From Octopus sinensis (Eukaryota), in assembly GCF_006345805.1 (NCBI RefSeq), contig NC_042999.1, positions 74,772,001-74,836,000 of the forward strand: a DNA stretch of 64,000 nucleotides, in the 5' to 3' direction. Positions 26,531 through 41,332 of the stretch are shown one piece after another (within the stretch, counting starts at the first letter, position 1; each line of letters opens with the position of its first letter). The position numbers and the translations under genes are program-made. Below the pieces are notes generated by a model that did not search any database, was not told the origin of the DNA, and was given only the letters and a program-made list of their open reading frames with translations.

Positions 26531-28624
26531 GCAGTCTTATAAGATAATGTTATACAGAGTTTGTTGGAGGACTGTGCTAAAGGTATGAGAGTTTAAGGAA
26601 TGTCCAACAATTTACTCTAAAAGACAATGAGGAGGAAGCTTTATTAATCAGACAAATGGAATTCTCATTTGTCAAAAAATCATACTAGGTTCAATAATTA
26701 ATTTTTCTGAGTAAGGGATGTAAAATAATTATTATGAAATTACTTAACATGGAATTGTATTGTTATTTAATATTCTGCTTCTTGGTTGTTTATGCAAGCT
26801 GCAATTTGTTTATGCCAAATTTGCATGTTATATTAGTGAACAGAAAGCAGAGTGCTGAAAAACAGTCATAAAGTTCAAGAATTAGTGGCCATATGTTGTC
26901 AGTTATTCATAGCCAAAGCACTTAACTTTCAATTAACCAAGTCCATTCACAGAACAGTAATGACTGCATCCTAAGAAAGCATAGGGATTTGAACCCCAGC
27001 TGTAACATATTCAGTTAGGGATCATGAGTAAGCCACCACAATGTCACTCAATTAGTCAATAAATTGACCAGTCATCATGAAGCTGTGGTGTGATAAAGTT
27101 CTTCAGATGATATAAAATCTGTCCCTTTTTCACCCTGTAAAGAACTGTTTGGCAGCCAACTTGGCCAAACAGCCATGGGCATTTATCCAGAACACCTTTG
27201 GTACTCACAGAAGGCATACCACCTCAAGCAAGAAACGATTTTGAACACTTATATCCGATGTACCACAGCTAGCCTTTTACAGACACAGTATGCTACTCTC
27301 TTCCAAGTTGGCGGTTATATTATAAGCATCTTTCTTTTGTAATCAGCCAAAGCAATAAATTATGTCCAGCAATAAATATGTTAAAAGTTAAAAGTTTGTG
27401 AGTTGCTCCATTTCTTTGCACACACAGCTAGTTAGACCTCAAGATGATGGTTTTCAAGAAACCACCATAACAACGATGACTAAGCAACCACGTGACAGAA
27501 GTCTGCTTAATTGATTTTCATAGTCACACATAGATAAGATCTCTGTCTCTTCTAGTGTTACTTCAACTACCTCTGCACCTCACAGTAAGCATGTCTTATG
27601 TCATTTCCACTTTAACACTTTCAACTTTCTCATCTCTCCTCACCACTCATGTTGACTCCAACTCTACCCAAACTCTACTAACCACTGCACACAAGCCTAC
27701 TTCTCCAGAAAGTTGGCCTTAGAATTCCCTCCTTCCACAGATATTTTTACAGTGTTGACCTGCTTGTATGGAACATCAATGGTATAATTCTTAATGGTCT
27801 TGAAAGGCATATGAAGGCCATGGGTACAGCTTCTTTCTTTAGATTTAGCTAATGAAAAAAAACAGACATTGACCAATACGGAGATAGATATTTTAGTGTT
27901 AGAATTTCTAGTATGAAGGAAAAGATTTGTGTTTTTGAAGAGAAATGGCATCTCAAAATTAAGGTGAAAATATCCAGAACCTTTATGAAACCTATTTGAT
28001 CACAATATGTATAAGTAGCATATTTTACAATTTTATACATTTGAGAAATTTCTGATCTGAGAAAAGTCAAGTAAATTATTTGATCATCTGACAACAGTTA
28101 GGTGACAAAATAAGTGTCAATTTAAATATCTTTATATGCCAAGTGAAAGATTTTGTGAGAATAATTTCGGAAGACATTAAATAGATTTTTATGTATGAAA
28201 TTATATTTCAATTGTCTACTGCAAAACAGGTCAAATGCTGAAAATATATTCTTTTAATTTATGAATTTGTAATGTGATTGCAATATTGAATCAATTTACT
28301 TTCTGCCAAGTTATGGATAATACAAAGCTCAAAGATCATATTGTAAATCTATATAGATCAGTATTGTTTAATACATATAGGATGATTTACAAGTGACAAT
28401 AATTATCATGTTAAATTATTAGATGACTGATTGTATGGTTACATATTGAAACTTCACTTCAGCCATTGTGTTGTGCCCCTAATTGTCTCAGTTGCCTGTC
28501 TACAGGTGCCACTCTGTTTTCAAACTAAGGTGGGAATCCAAAACTGTAAAAATTATTACTGCAACAGAAACAATTCTAACAATGCAAGCATGGGAAAATG
28601 GATTCAAAAATATCAGAAAAAGTA

Positions 28625-29505
28625 CAAGATGATATCAAAAAGTTCTTGGACTAGTTATGTTTAAATAACATATTTATTTAAGTTTTAACATCATCTACTT
28701 TGAAATAGTCACCTTGTGCACCAATACACCAATCCCAGCATTCCTGTCACTTTTGGAATCCAGCCTGGAAGCAGTTTTCAGCAAGTGAGTCAAAGACCTT
28801 GACAATGGTGTTGAAATGGAATCTTTTGAACTGCACTTTCATCATGGGAAAGATATGGAAATCCACAGGTGCTAAATCTGATGACTAGGGTAGGTGCAGA
28901 AGTGACACTATGTTGTTTGGGGCAAGAAACTCACGAATGTGGAGAGCTAAGTGATAGGATGCATTGTTGTCATGAAGAATACAATTCTTCATGTTCTACA
29001 GATCCAGTTGCTTTTGCTGAATGTCCTCCTTCAAACACTTCAAAACCTCACAGCAGAACTCTTGATTGGTAGTCTGGCTCTGGGGGCTGAATTCTTGATG
29101 CACAATGCTACAGATGACAAAAAAAGTGAGGCGCATGCTCTTCAATGAGCTGTGAGTCTGTTGTGTGCCTGAACCACTCAAAACATTTGTGTACAACCCA
29201 CAGCCTATTCACTGCAAGCTTGCCAAAGCATGCTCAATGTCTCTGTAGCAGACTTCCCAAGTTTAATGCAAACTTTTGCCCTGGCTCTTTGTTCTAACTT
29301 TCTGTCCATGATAAAAATTGCAGACTCCAACCATAGACATGATCACAAAAACAAAAATTTCACAACTTGCAATGTAACCACAGCAATGTCACGCAACACA
29401 CTGCATCATGAAGGTCAGTGCTAGCTCTCACTGTGCATGCAACTGTATGCTGCCATCTGTTGGTACACTACAGAACTAATCTAGGAACTTTTTGATACCA
29501 CCTCA
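28625..29505 (-). mobile_element. Internally deleted mariner element (881 bp)
   Basis: TIRs caagatgatatcaaaaagttcttggactagt and the reverse complement tgaggtggtatcaaaaagttcctagattagt, each flanked by TA. Residual transposase TNQEFCCEVLKCLKEDIQQK. Confidence 0.85.
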
Positions 29506-29563
29506 TAATTTGAATTAAATCAAGAAAAAATTGAATTTAAAATGAAAATACTTTGAATCTTAC

Positions 29564-29911
29564 ATTTACATGTTTCATTATGGACTTCAATTTCATCCAA
29601 GTATATATATCCGTCCCAATATGAATTAGCATTTACTGTACCCTGAAAATTCAGCCCGAATGTTGTTGAATTTGGAAAATCCACACAAGCAGTAATGAAT
29701 TCAGGAATATCATTGAAATTTGAAGACCACAACAATTCCTTCGATGAATAAGAGTCATAAGTAAAGAGTGCAAATTCTTTCATAGGTCCTCTCATTAAGT
29801 ATTTGAAGGTGACACTAGAATTTTCCTTCACATCTGCTTGAGGTGACCGTATGTAAACTTCTGAATTTTCAGTATCTGTTCTTGAATAAATGTATAAGTA
29901 ATTGTTTGTAT
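29564..29911 (-). CDS. MAM-array gene exon: C-terminal part of MAM domain 2
   Basis: ttttccttattttacag acceptor, gtaaga donor; 348 nt, phase 1-1. TNNYLYIYS...SSVTFKYLMRG...LLWS...TACVDF...DGYIYLDEIEVHNETCK (inside ORF 29520..29948). Confidence 0.9.
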
Positions 29912-30453
29912 CTGTAAAATAAGGAAAATAAGCAAAATACATTAACATTGGTATGTGGTTTAAAATAAAGTTGTCAAAATAGTGACTAATCTAATAATAA
30001 ATCCAAAATACATAGTAACAATAAGTTAGTAATTTTCTAACGAGGAACTTGTGGATCCATTGTTCATTTTCAGTTACTGATTGTGAAAGGATGAAACTAA
30101 GTCACTTGACCTGGCACTCTACCATTTTACCTTTCCACTGACTATAAAAGCATCCAGTGCAAAGTAGATTTTATGAAGGTAGAAAACATGTTTCTTGAAA
30201 TAAGATAGTAAAATATTTGATTGCAGTCTTATACATATAAAATGAAAGAAAAAGCTGCACTGTTGATCTCAGCAAAATCATTAGTTCCAGTTTGTCTATA
30301 ACCATTTACTTCAATATGAATGACTAAACAAAAAACATTTCACAATGGATTGGTTGCAACAAGAGATGCATTGATTAGTATATTCAACTGATTCAACAAA
30401 TAAACTAACCTGTCTTGTAAAGCATGGAAAAATTATTATGCAAAAAAAACAAA

Positions 30454-30484
<31 letters not shown>

Positions 30485-30485
<1 letters not shown>

Positions 30486-30811
30486 AAGGGTAAAGACCCC
30501 CTTCGGTCATGAATGACCATGGGATTGCACCTAGAAAGTTACCTTCCTAGATACAAGTCCGGGCAAGGTTGTTTATGGAAGGCCAGCAGTCGCCCATGCA
30601 TACCAGCCTCCCCTCTCCATGCCACCAGTGTTATCCAAGGGAAAGACAAAGGTCGATACAGCTTGGCACCAGTGACGTCGCAACTCATTTCTACAGCTGA
30701 GTGAACTGGAGCAACGTGAAATAAAGTGCCTTGCTCGAGAACACAACACGCAGCCCAGTCCGGGATTCGAGCTCACAACCTCACGATCGTAAGCTCGACG
30801 CTCTAACCACT
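30485..30811 (-). mobile_element. tRNA-derived CORE-type SINE
   Basis: Head agtggttagagcgtc...gctcgaatccc, then the CORE-like gagcaaggcactttatttcacgttgctccagttcactcagctg. Confidence 0.8.
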
Positions 30812-31166
30812 ATATATATATATATAAAGAAATTTTTTTTTAAATAAAAAAAAAGAAAGAGAAAGAAAATGGAGAAGTAGGAAGATAGCTGAAAAAGAGA
30901 AAACCCATACAAAAATGATAGACTAAATGTTTGGCAATGCTTGGCATTCACATACATATTTCAGTAGAGAAACAAATGCCAGTATAGATAATGATAATAA
31001 GGCGACAAGGCCTGAAATTTAGGAGGATAGGCCAGTTGATTACATCCATCCCAGTATTTAAATGGTACTCATTTTATGGACCTGAAAAGGGTGAAAGGGA
31101 AACGCAACCTTGGCTGAAATGGAACTCAGAATCTAAAGATAGAGAAAATGTCAAAGCAATTTGTTC

Positions 31167-31167
<1 letters not shown>

Positions 31168-31219
<52 letters not shown>

Positions 31220-31229
31220 TAATAATAAT
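31168..31229. repeat. (AAT)n microsatellite
   Basis: About 20 near-perfect units. Confidence 0.95.
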
Positions 31230-33000
31230 ACATCAGGAAAATGTAATTAGAAGCCACACAACAATACCAAATGATATAAACACTGAAATAGTAAAACACG
31301 AAGACAAACGTAACATTTCCAACAAAAACGAAGTAAACAAAAAACAACAAACCCAGACCGTAGGGATGTATAATAATGTACAAAAAGCATCAAACCAAAA
31401 CACACGTATGAGAAAGAAAGTGAACCAAATCTAAAACCTGGAAACAACGAAGGGGAACCTAATGATTATGATACTATAAAAACTAGAATAATCAAAGAAT
31501 TGAAAACCACAGATCTCAATGGATCACCGACCATACCACCCAAAAATCAAAATAGACAAAAAAACAACATCAATAATAAATAGCATAAACCTGGCCATCA
31601 CAGAACTAATAGCCACTGAAACAAATAGCAATATCACTGAGCTAATTGACATAATATATGCAGCAGCCACTGCAGCCACAAAAGAAGCTAGATACTCCCT
31701 CAAACCCATCCAAACAGGAGTACCACCACCCAAACAAACCCTGTGGATAAATAACATCCAAAAAAAAAATACAAATAATAAGAAAAGATCTGTCGATTCT
31801 TAACGAAATTAGTAGACAATCAACACTACTAAGCAACAGAAAGAAAACAAAAATACTGTGCAAATACGACATCACAGAAAAAGATTTACCTGAGATAAAA
31901 GAAAAGCTGAAGCAAGATATCCTTGCCAAAGCACAAACGATCCGCCGATATGAGAAATGCCAACGTTTCTTTGAACAAAACAAACAGTTCAACTCCAACC
32001 CCCAAAAGTTCTTCCAAGAACTTAGCAAAAATAAAATAGACATCACTGCAGCACCAACGGCAGAAGAAGTGGAAGAATTCTGGAAAGAAATATGGTCGGC
32101 CAATGAACAACCACAGAAAAGGACTATTAAAACAACAAACTTAGCACCTGAGCAACTCTGGACCCCCATAACAACTGAAGAGGTCACCCAGGCACTGCAA
32201 AGACTAAGCAACTGGAAGGCACCTGGGCACAACAAGATCCTCAACTTCTGGTTGAAATATCTGACAGGAATGCACAAAAAGCTGGCTGAAAACTTTAACA
32301 ACATACTGGCAGAGCCAGAGACAATGCCTGAATGGCTCACAAAAGGGAAAACCATCCTAATTTCCAAATCAAATGAAACGGCAAAACCAAAAGACTACAG
32401 ACCTATAACCTGTCTCCCTACAATGTAAAAGCCTTTACTGCAGTAATATTGCAAAGATTGAACGAGCACCTGGACGAAAACAACCTGTTTCCAGAAGAGC
32501 AGAAAGGATGCTGCAAGGGCTCATATGGGTGTAAAGATTAACTAATGATCAATAAAGCCATAACTGAAGACAGCCGTAGAAAGAAGAAAGGCCTCAGTAT
32601 GGCCTCAATTGACTACCGAAAGGTGTTAGATAGCATTCCCCACACATGGATCCCCGAAACACTAGCCATTAACAAGGTAGCACCAAAAATTATAAAATGC
32701 ATAAGACACTCTATGAATAAATGGCAGACAGTGCTACAGCTCCAAACAAAAGAGGGACTCATGGAAACCAAAGCCATCCCCATTAGTAGAGGAATATTCC
32801 AGGGAGACATGCTCTTTCCACTCCTTTTCTGCTTGGCACTGACACCTCTATCTGATATGCTAAATAGAACTGGATGCAGATACAAATGTTACAGCAAAAC
32901 GATCAGCCACCTTTTATATATGGATGACATAAAACTATATGCTACAAATGACAAACAGCTGGAAACACTACTACAGACAGTTCATGGATTTACCAAAGAA
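31230..33000 (+). mobile_element. R4/Dong-type LINE copy A (relatively young; ends just after the RT YMDD motif)
   Basis: ORFs 32069..32428 and 32545..33057: WKAPG...YRPITCLPT, EEQKG, GIFQGD.LFPLLFCLAL, SHLLYMDDIKLY. Preceded by an (AAT)n tract. Confidence 0.88.
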
Positions 33001-35650
33001 ATGTTAAATGAGTTGCAGGAAGCAATGAGTAAAGAAGAAAAAGATTACCAGCATTAAAAAGCACCAACAGAAGGAAGCTGCTAGATATGACTAAGAAAGT
33101 AAATTCTATTATTAGTAAGATATATACAAGAGGAGTAGTAGTCACCAGAAGATTAGGTATTCATCAAGGAAAGATTAGAAAAGATCTAATGTTGAAAAGG
33201 AGATTACAAAATAAAGTGAAGATTGAGAAGAATAGAAGCCTGGAAACTGAAAAAGTTAGGAAACACAAAATTTAAATCTTCTCTTGTGAAAAGATATTTA
33301 GTTAAAGAGAAAATATCTAGGATAGTCATGGATGAGTTGAAATAGCATATCATAACAGTAACAGGTACACTTTCCATATATCAGAAAAGAATAGATTAGT
33401 ATCAACAGAATAGATTATTTGAGACAGACTAGAGAGGATTTTATAGCCAAGTAAATTTTGGAGAAGAAAGTACTAAAGATGAGAAACCTAATGTAGAGAA
33501 GCTAGAAAGTTCTGGAGCAATATCTTGGCTATTCCAGTCAATAATGATGTAGATGTAGCATGGTTAAAGAAGGTAAGGCAAAAAGTAATCAGTGAGAAGC
33601 AGCTACATCTAAGATTAGTGTATTAATGAAGAAAGTGTTAGGAAAAATGCCCAATTGGAAGGGCCCAGGACTAATTTAAGGGTACTAATTAAAGAAACTT
33701 AGTAGCTTATATGGGAGACTGAGGGAAAAACTTCATGATTGCCTTAATGGAGGAGGAAATGGTTAGATGTATGCATGATCTATTATACATAGACAAAGCA
33801 GTTCTAAATGCAGTAAAATCTAGGAAGAAAAATTTAACAATAGCAAGGATAGACTATAAGAAAACTTATACAACATTCTACATTCATGGATAAGTAAATG
33901 TTTGATAATATGCAGTACTGCAGACAACATATGAGAACTAATTAGATTTAGCATGAAGAAATGGAAAGTAGTACTCTACTAAGATGATACAGCATTAGGA
34001 AAAGAGAGTAAATTTCCAAGGAGACTTGGGATTTTCCAAGGAGATTTGTTATCCTATTTAATATTTATCGTATGTTTATTCCCCTTCAGTTTATTATTAA
34101 GGGAGGCAAAGGCAGGGTGTCAGTTCAGAAATAGTAAAGGTAAAATTAACCACTTGCTTTACATGGGTGATCTGAAATATTTTAGTAAGAATAAAAGAGA
34201 GATAGGTTCCATAATACAAGCAGTAAGATACCTCAGCAAAAATATAAGTATGGGATCTGGCATAGATAAGTGTACAATATTAGTCATGAAAAAGGGACAA
34301 GTAGTGAGCAGTGAAGGTATCCTTAACACCAGATGACCAGACCTTAAAATCACTGACAGAAGGAAAGAGTTATAAGTAATTAAATGCACAAGAATCTGAC
34401 AGATTACAAACTACAGAAATGAAAGAGAAAATTGAGAAGGAATACATAGGAAAGGTGAGAAAGCTAATGAAGTCAGATCTAAATGGTTCAAATCTAGTAA
34501 AGACTGTAAATACTTGGGAAGCATCACTATTGAGAAATTCCGCACCTTTTGTAGATTATACAAAATCTGAATTTGTAAAAGAAATTCTTTATGAACAGAG
34601 GACTTCATCTAAATGCAGGAATAGCAAGATTATATTTACCTAGAAATGGAAGGTGGTAAACATTTAATATTAATAGAAGACTGTGTGGAATTAATTAGAG
34701 TAGATATAGCCTCCTATGTAGGTAACAGTGAAGAAAGTTTATTAAGAAATGCTAGAGAAACAGTAGGAGATAGGGAAACCAAAAAGCTAAATGAAGTTAA
34801 AAACAAGGAAAAGAAGAAAGATTATCTGACTGACAAGAGAATACTTTGCATGGTAGATTCCCAAATATAGTTGCAGGAAATAGTAATAGTGAGACAAGGT
34901 TATGGTGGTAGAAAGGAAGGCAGAAAAAGAGGCAAGATGTTTGTTAGTAGCAGCACAAGATCAAGCATTGAGTACTAAGTAGATAAGAGCCAAGACAGAC
35001 AAAAATCAAGTAGACTCCCAATGTAGGTTATGTAAATCAAAGGAAGAGAGTGTTCCTTAGATAGTGAATGCTGTATGCTGGCACAGAAAGAATGCAAGAA
35101 AAGCTATGATAACCTAAGGAGATTAATCCACTAGAAGTTATGTAGAAAGCTATGATTTGACCATACTGAGAAGTGATATGCACATGAACCTTACTAGAAA
35201 GTAAAAAATATAAGATGTAGGATTTTAACATTCAGATTGACAGAGCAATAAAAGCTAGAAGGCCTGATTTTGTAGACAAAGAGAATAGAAAGTGTCAGAT
35301 ATTTGACTTTACAATTCTGAATAGTGAGAAAGTCAATTTGAAAGATATAAAGAAAATAACAACATACCAGGTACTAGCCATTGAGTTTTGGGGGCTATGA
35401 AAAATGTGTGTGTAAAATGTATTCTTGTAATTATTAGTGTATTAGGAACTATTCCTAAAGATTAGAACAAATGGCTAGAGGAAATAAGCATAAAACCTAG
35501 TTTTGTGCAGCTCCAGAAAGCACTATTATTAGGGACAGCTAGGAAACTTAGGAAGGTTCTAAGGCATCTAAAGTTACTTGTTGTAGCCTGATATTGAGAA
35601 TTTATTTCAGCAGTCTAATCAGACGTGTGTAAATAGAATAATAATAATAA
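33001..35650 (+). mobile_element. R4/Dong-type LINE copy B (older; RT, CCHC knuckle, RLE endonuclease, (TAA)n tail)
   Basis: INHLLYMGDLK (ORF 34046..34336), CRLCKSKEE..., RRPD motif at ~35260, aataataataa tail at ~35630-35650. Many stops. Confidence 0.8.
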
Positions 35651-36099
35651 AAAAAATAGAGTGGACAGTGAGCAGAAGGGGAAAGTTTCATAAGAATGTG
35701 AGGAGAGATGGTTTAGTCAGGATAGGAGTGACTGTAATAATTGATGGTGAAAGAGACAGGAGTGGCTTTGAGTTGGTTATGTTAGATATGTGAGGACATT
35801 GGGAGTGAGAGAGAGTGAAATAAGAGTTAAAGATGGAGTATAACAGATGAGAGAAGGCTTGGCAGGGGAGGATAATAAGGAATGGAAGTGGCTCTGGGAT
35901 AGGGGAGAAAATAGGAAGGTAATGAATGGGAAGGGGTGTAGTATGTCCCTATTCTGCTCTCAGGTGATTATAGAAGTCAATACCAGAGATAAAGAAGTGA
36001 TGAGTGTTAGGGATTGAGATGTAGGGGAAAATCTTGATGGGGTAGTGAGAATGGAAGTGGGGCTGAATTCCTGCATATACAAGCATTAACCAAGGTGGT

Positions 36100-38060
36100 T
36101 TTAGGATATTAGTTCTGTTATTGTGGATGGATCTTTCCCAGCACAGCAAGGCACCAGTCACTTGTCATCTCCATAAGACTCAGCATTTTGAGATGGGCCT
36201 CCAATACTTCATCCCATGTCTTCCTAGGTCTACCTCTTCCAAAAGCTCCATTCACTTCAAGTGATTGGCATTTCTTTATGCAGCTGTCCTTGTCTACATG
36301 CATCACATGATCAAATCAGTGCAGTTTCTCTCTTGCATACTACATCTAATTCATCTTCCTGCATAACGAGTGACTGGACCATATCATACTCTACTAGATA
36401 TTTTAAGCATTTCAGTAGAAACTCCTAATGGACCAATGCACTAACTCCCAGTTTTACTTGTACAGCGATGTGGCCAATAGAACATACTGGTTCCATTACT
36501 CTGACGTCTTCATGTGTTCTCTGCATGTAAGGCCCACATCTCACTACCATGCAGCATTACTGTTTGTACACAAGCATCATACAATCTTACATTCAGAGAG
36601 AGAGAGAGAACGAGAGAGAGAGAGATCTTTGGTTACCAACAGAGGTAAAAGCTCTTTGAATTTTCTCCATTCTATTTTCATTCTAACAGTTATACTTTTG
36701 GAACATCCTCTTCCCCTGCTAATTAGTTCACCTAGAGAACAGAAATTATCTACAACCTTCTGTACATCTTTCACACAAAAAAAAACTATTTTCTCCATTA
36801 ACCCTCCAGTGATTCCACTGCAATTCTTGTGTGTCCATAGCCTGCACTTGGTTCATTGAATGGAATTCCTGCCTACATCTTATATATGTAGCAGAGTCAT
36901 TCATCTGAAGTGGGTAGGGTTCTGTCTACATTTTTGCTCACTAAAACCATGGTCTTTGCTAAGTCAACTTTAAGACCCTTCAGTTCCTGGAATTCCTTTT
37001 CTAGTTCTGTTACAGAATCTGCGATGAAAGCAAAATCATCAGCATCTCATGGGAAATCAGACTTGAATTCCTCTGTTATGGCCTGGAGGATAATGATGAA
37101 TGAAGTGGGGGCATTGAGAACTGAGCTTGGGGAACACCTGCCTATACACTAAATTCTTCACTGTATTCAAGGCTAATACTTACATAGCTAACAGCACTCC
37201 TGTACATAGCCTGTATCACTTTTACAAGGCATTCATCTATCCCTAGATTCCTTAGAGACCACCATATCAATGAGTGAGGTACTCTGTTGAAGGCTTTCTC
37301 TAGGTCAACAAATGCCAAGTACAACAGTTTATTCTTAGCTAAATACTTCTCTTGTATATAGTTACCTGACTATGAAAATAGCATCAGTAGTGCTTCTCCT
37401 TGGAACAAAACCGAACTACATTTCATCTAGTCTAATTCTGTTCCTAATTAATTAAGCTATAACTCTCTCCATGAGTTTCATCACCAGATCCAGCAATTTG
37501 ATGTCTCTATAATTACTTTTGAGGTATCTATCTCCCTTACCCTTGAGAGCAGCTGACTATCATACTGCTATACCAGTAATTGTGGATGACATCCTCCCGA
37601 ATAACAAGTGACTAGACCATATCATACTCTACTAGATATTTTAAGCATCTTAGTAGTAACTCCTAATGGACCAGAGAATTTCTCTGTCTTCATATCCTTA
37701 ATTACCTATCATACTGCTGTCAGCTAGGATAGCTGGTCCCTCTGTTGGGTTCTCATAGTGAAAACTCTTTCCCATTCATCATTATCATTGACGTCAGTTC
37801 TGCTGTGGTGGATGGGTTTTCTTGAGTAAAGCAAAGTGCCAGATATTTCAGTCCTTTGTCATCTCCTTCATAAGGCACAGAGAATGACCTTCAGTTCTTC
37901 ATCCTATGTCTTCCTGAGCCTCCCTCTTCCACAAGTTTCATCCACTTTAAATGATTGGCACTTCTTTATGCAACTGTCCATATCTATACGCATCACACGA
38001 CCAAACCAGTGGTCTTACAGTCTTCTTTCTTGCACACTAGTAAATATGACCAGCATACAA
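36100..38060 (-). mobile_element. Decayed RTE LINE fragments
   Basis: YLAFVDLEKAFNRVPHSLIWWSLR (ORF 37142..37324); GRGRPRKTWDEV (ORF 36118..36306). Confidence 0.8.
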
Positions 38061-38374
38061 AAAGATTTTGATGTCAAACAGAATAATAAAGTTTAGGGAG
38101 TGGCAATATACCTGAGTTAGTGTGTGTAAGTGTGTGTGAGTGTGTGTGTGTGTGTGTATGTGTGTGGTACATGAAGACATGAAGATGAGGTTAAAACAAA
38201 GGGTATATTAGGTTTATACTCAGGGAGAATTAGAAGTCTTCTATGTTTTGAGCCTATGCTCTTCTATGTAAAGAATACATGAAGTGGAAAAAATGGAGAA
38301 AGAAACGAATAAGTATGTCTCAATTAGCAGTAGTCCCCACATACTGAAAGTATATGATACATGATGTATATATA

Positions 38375-38572
<198 letters not shown>

Positions 38573-38807
38573 TGATTTAGAGATTTTTAATAAACATGCA
38601 CCTTATTATAATAAAGCCCTGCATGAGGCAGGATATCTGAATTATGATAAATCTTATTTAGGTATCTATCATCTTAATAATAATAGGTATTTTGATAATG
38701 TAAATCATACATTTAATATTGGTATAAAAATAGAAATAGAAATAAAAATAAAAATAAAAATACGATAAAATTTAATGAAGATGATAAATTTAATAATATT
38801 ACAAAAA

Positions 38808-38929
<122 letters not shown>

Positions 38930-39746
38930 TAAAAGATAAAAATAAAATATGGTTAATCGTTCCTTTTGGGGCGGCTCAGGTTAAAACAAATCTTATTAAA
39001 GAAATTTAAAATATAATTGAAATATTCATTAGAGATAATAACAAATATTATAACACTTATTCTAATAATAATTTTGGAGTTGGGTATTCATCTGCTAATA
39101 ATGTTGGTAACATTATTTCTTCATTTAATACATTTAAATTAAATAAATTCTATAAAGATAGATAAAATATCGATTCCAATAATAATAATAAAGACCAAGA
39201 TTTAATTCATTGTACATGTAGGGATAAGACTACATGTAATTTTAATAATAATTGTAATTTAGATAATGTACTCTATAAGTGTATGGTAACTTTATAGTTG
39301 ATAAGAATTTTAATTATCATAATTTAAGCACTATTTATATAGAGTACACTTCGAATAAATTTAAATCAAGAGTATCTCAATATATGTAATCTTTTAGGAA
39401 TAAAAATCTAAGAAATTCAACAGGTCTCAGTAAAAATATTTTTGGGACCATAAATCTAGATCTATTAGATATAAATTAACTTGGGAGATTATTTGTAGGG
39501 CTAAGTCATATTGTACAGGGAGTAATTATTATTCACTGGATAATAACTAATTCAAAGAAATATTATTTAATAACAATTATGTGTTGGTAAACTCATTGGA
39601 GGAACGTAAAACTAAATGTAAACATAAATTAAATTACCTATATAATAGGTTTAGCTAATAAATAAATGATTATATAAATTTATTAAGATATGTTAATTAT
39701 AGTAATATAAATAAATTTAAATATAAAATATATATTTTATATATAT

Positions 39747-39888
39747 GCGGGCAGCAGCATCGAACTCCCTTGTTGATCAAGTGCCACGTATCAGAGGTGG
39801 ATTCACAAACTAGTGTAGCTCATTCAGCGGTGGTGCCCCAGCATGGCCGCGGCCTTCGGGCTAAAACATTTTTAAGGATTTAAGGATT
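39747..39888 (+). mobile_element. 5'-truncated SINE 3' fragment inserted in the AT-rich PLE
   Basis: GC-rich island sharing ggtgccccagcatggcc with the SINEs at 43844 and 19131; aaggattt-repeat tail. Confidence 0.7.
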
Positions 39889-40552
39889 TATATATATTTT
39901 ACTTACTTATTTAGACTTTAAATTTATAGTAAATAGTCATTTAAATTAAATGCTAGCATAAATTTATTTACCTATATAATATGTTTAACTTATTTTTCAG
40001 TATGCATAAAACCTTATTTCTTTTTATGATATTTATTTCTTGTAGATATAATTTAATAGTATTAGAGTAGAATTTACTATATTATTATATGTTATATTAA
40101 TATATTTGAACAATTTTAAACTTAGATATTTCTTAATACATAAATGATTATATATAATTTATTAAGACCTATTAATTATAGTAATATAAATTAATTTAAT
40201 ATTATATGTATATTTTACGTAATAATTATTTGGAACTTAATTTATAGTAAACTGTCATTTATAGTAAAATGTCTTTATAGTTAAATGTCATTTGTTATTC
40301 TATTTTTCTTATTTTTCTTTAATTCATGAAGCTTAAATATTTTTCGTCTTTTTCATTAATAAATAGTTTTCATCATTTTCATTGATAATTTTATTGTATT
40401 TGTTTACACAACGTCTTCACGAGTTTAATTTCTTATAAACGCTAAGACCTACATTTTTACGTTTAAAATTCAGTTATATTATTTTCATCGACAAGCTAAG
40501 TAACGTTTTTATTTAACAATATTATTTAACTTTTGAATTGTATTAAGTTTGA

Positions 40553-40609
<57 letters not shown>

Positions 40610-41332
40610 GTAGTAGTAGTAGTAGTAGTAGTAGTATTGTTATCATTATTGTTGTTAAAATATTAATTTTATATATAATTTCATGATAATTACTAGTTGT
40701 GATATGTATATCTATTTATTTACTATGCTTTATTATTATTTTTAAAATGTGATTTAACGTATTACATATAATTTAATTTGAGAATTAGTTTTGTAAGACA
40801 ATACATTATTTAATAATTAGGTGGTATATTTGTTACGTAGTATTACATTTAAGTATATTAGTTTTATATTAATTGATATTTTGGTTAAATATATTATTGA
40901 GTAAAATATTAAATCTATAGATATCACATATATATTAATAATATAGTTAGTTTATCTAATAGGTGTGTATATATTTTAACCATTTCCTATTTTTAATTCC
41001 AATATTTATAGCTTGTACTAACATTATGTATATTACTTAATATTAAGGTTTTTAATATAAATTACTTAATGAGTATAAAACTTTATTTAGATGTCTATTA
41101 AATGAATAAATAAATAAATAATTTAATTTAATGTATATCGTTTAAATTATAGTATTTAGTTTTCACTTAATGCATATTTTGTATCTTATATATATATTTG
41201 TTTTAAATATTTTAATTAATTGTATCTTATCTTTTAAACAAGAATATATTCAAGATATTTCGTATTTTACAAGATTATTTATGTATATTTATTAATTTAT
41301 GTAATTAATTATTCTATTATTGTTGTTACCTT

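Noticed and set aside
31642-32367. 241-aa minus-strand ORF
   Set aside because: It is the antisense shadow of the R4/Dong RT coding region and shows no recognisable domain.
38230-38280. Degenerate hammerhead-like segment (gagcctatgctc hairpin)
   Set aside because: Both core motifs are mutated; at most a dead relic of a related repeat.
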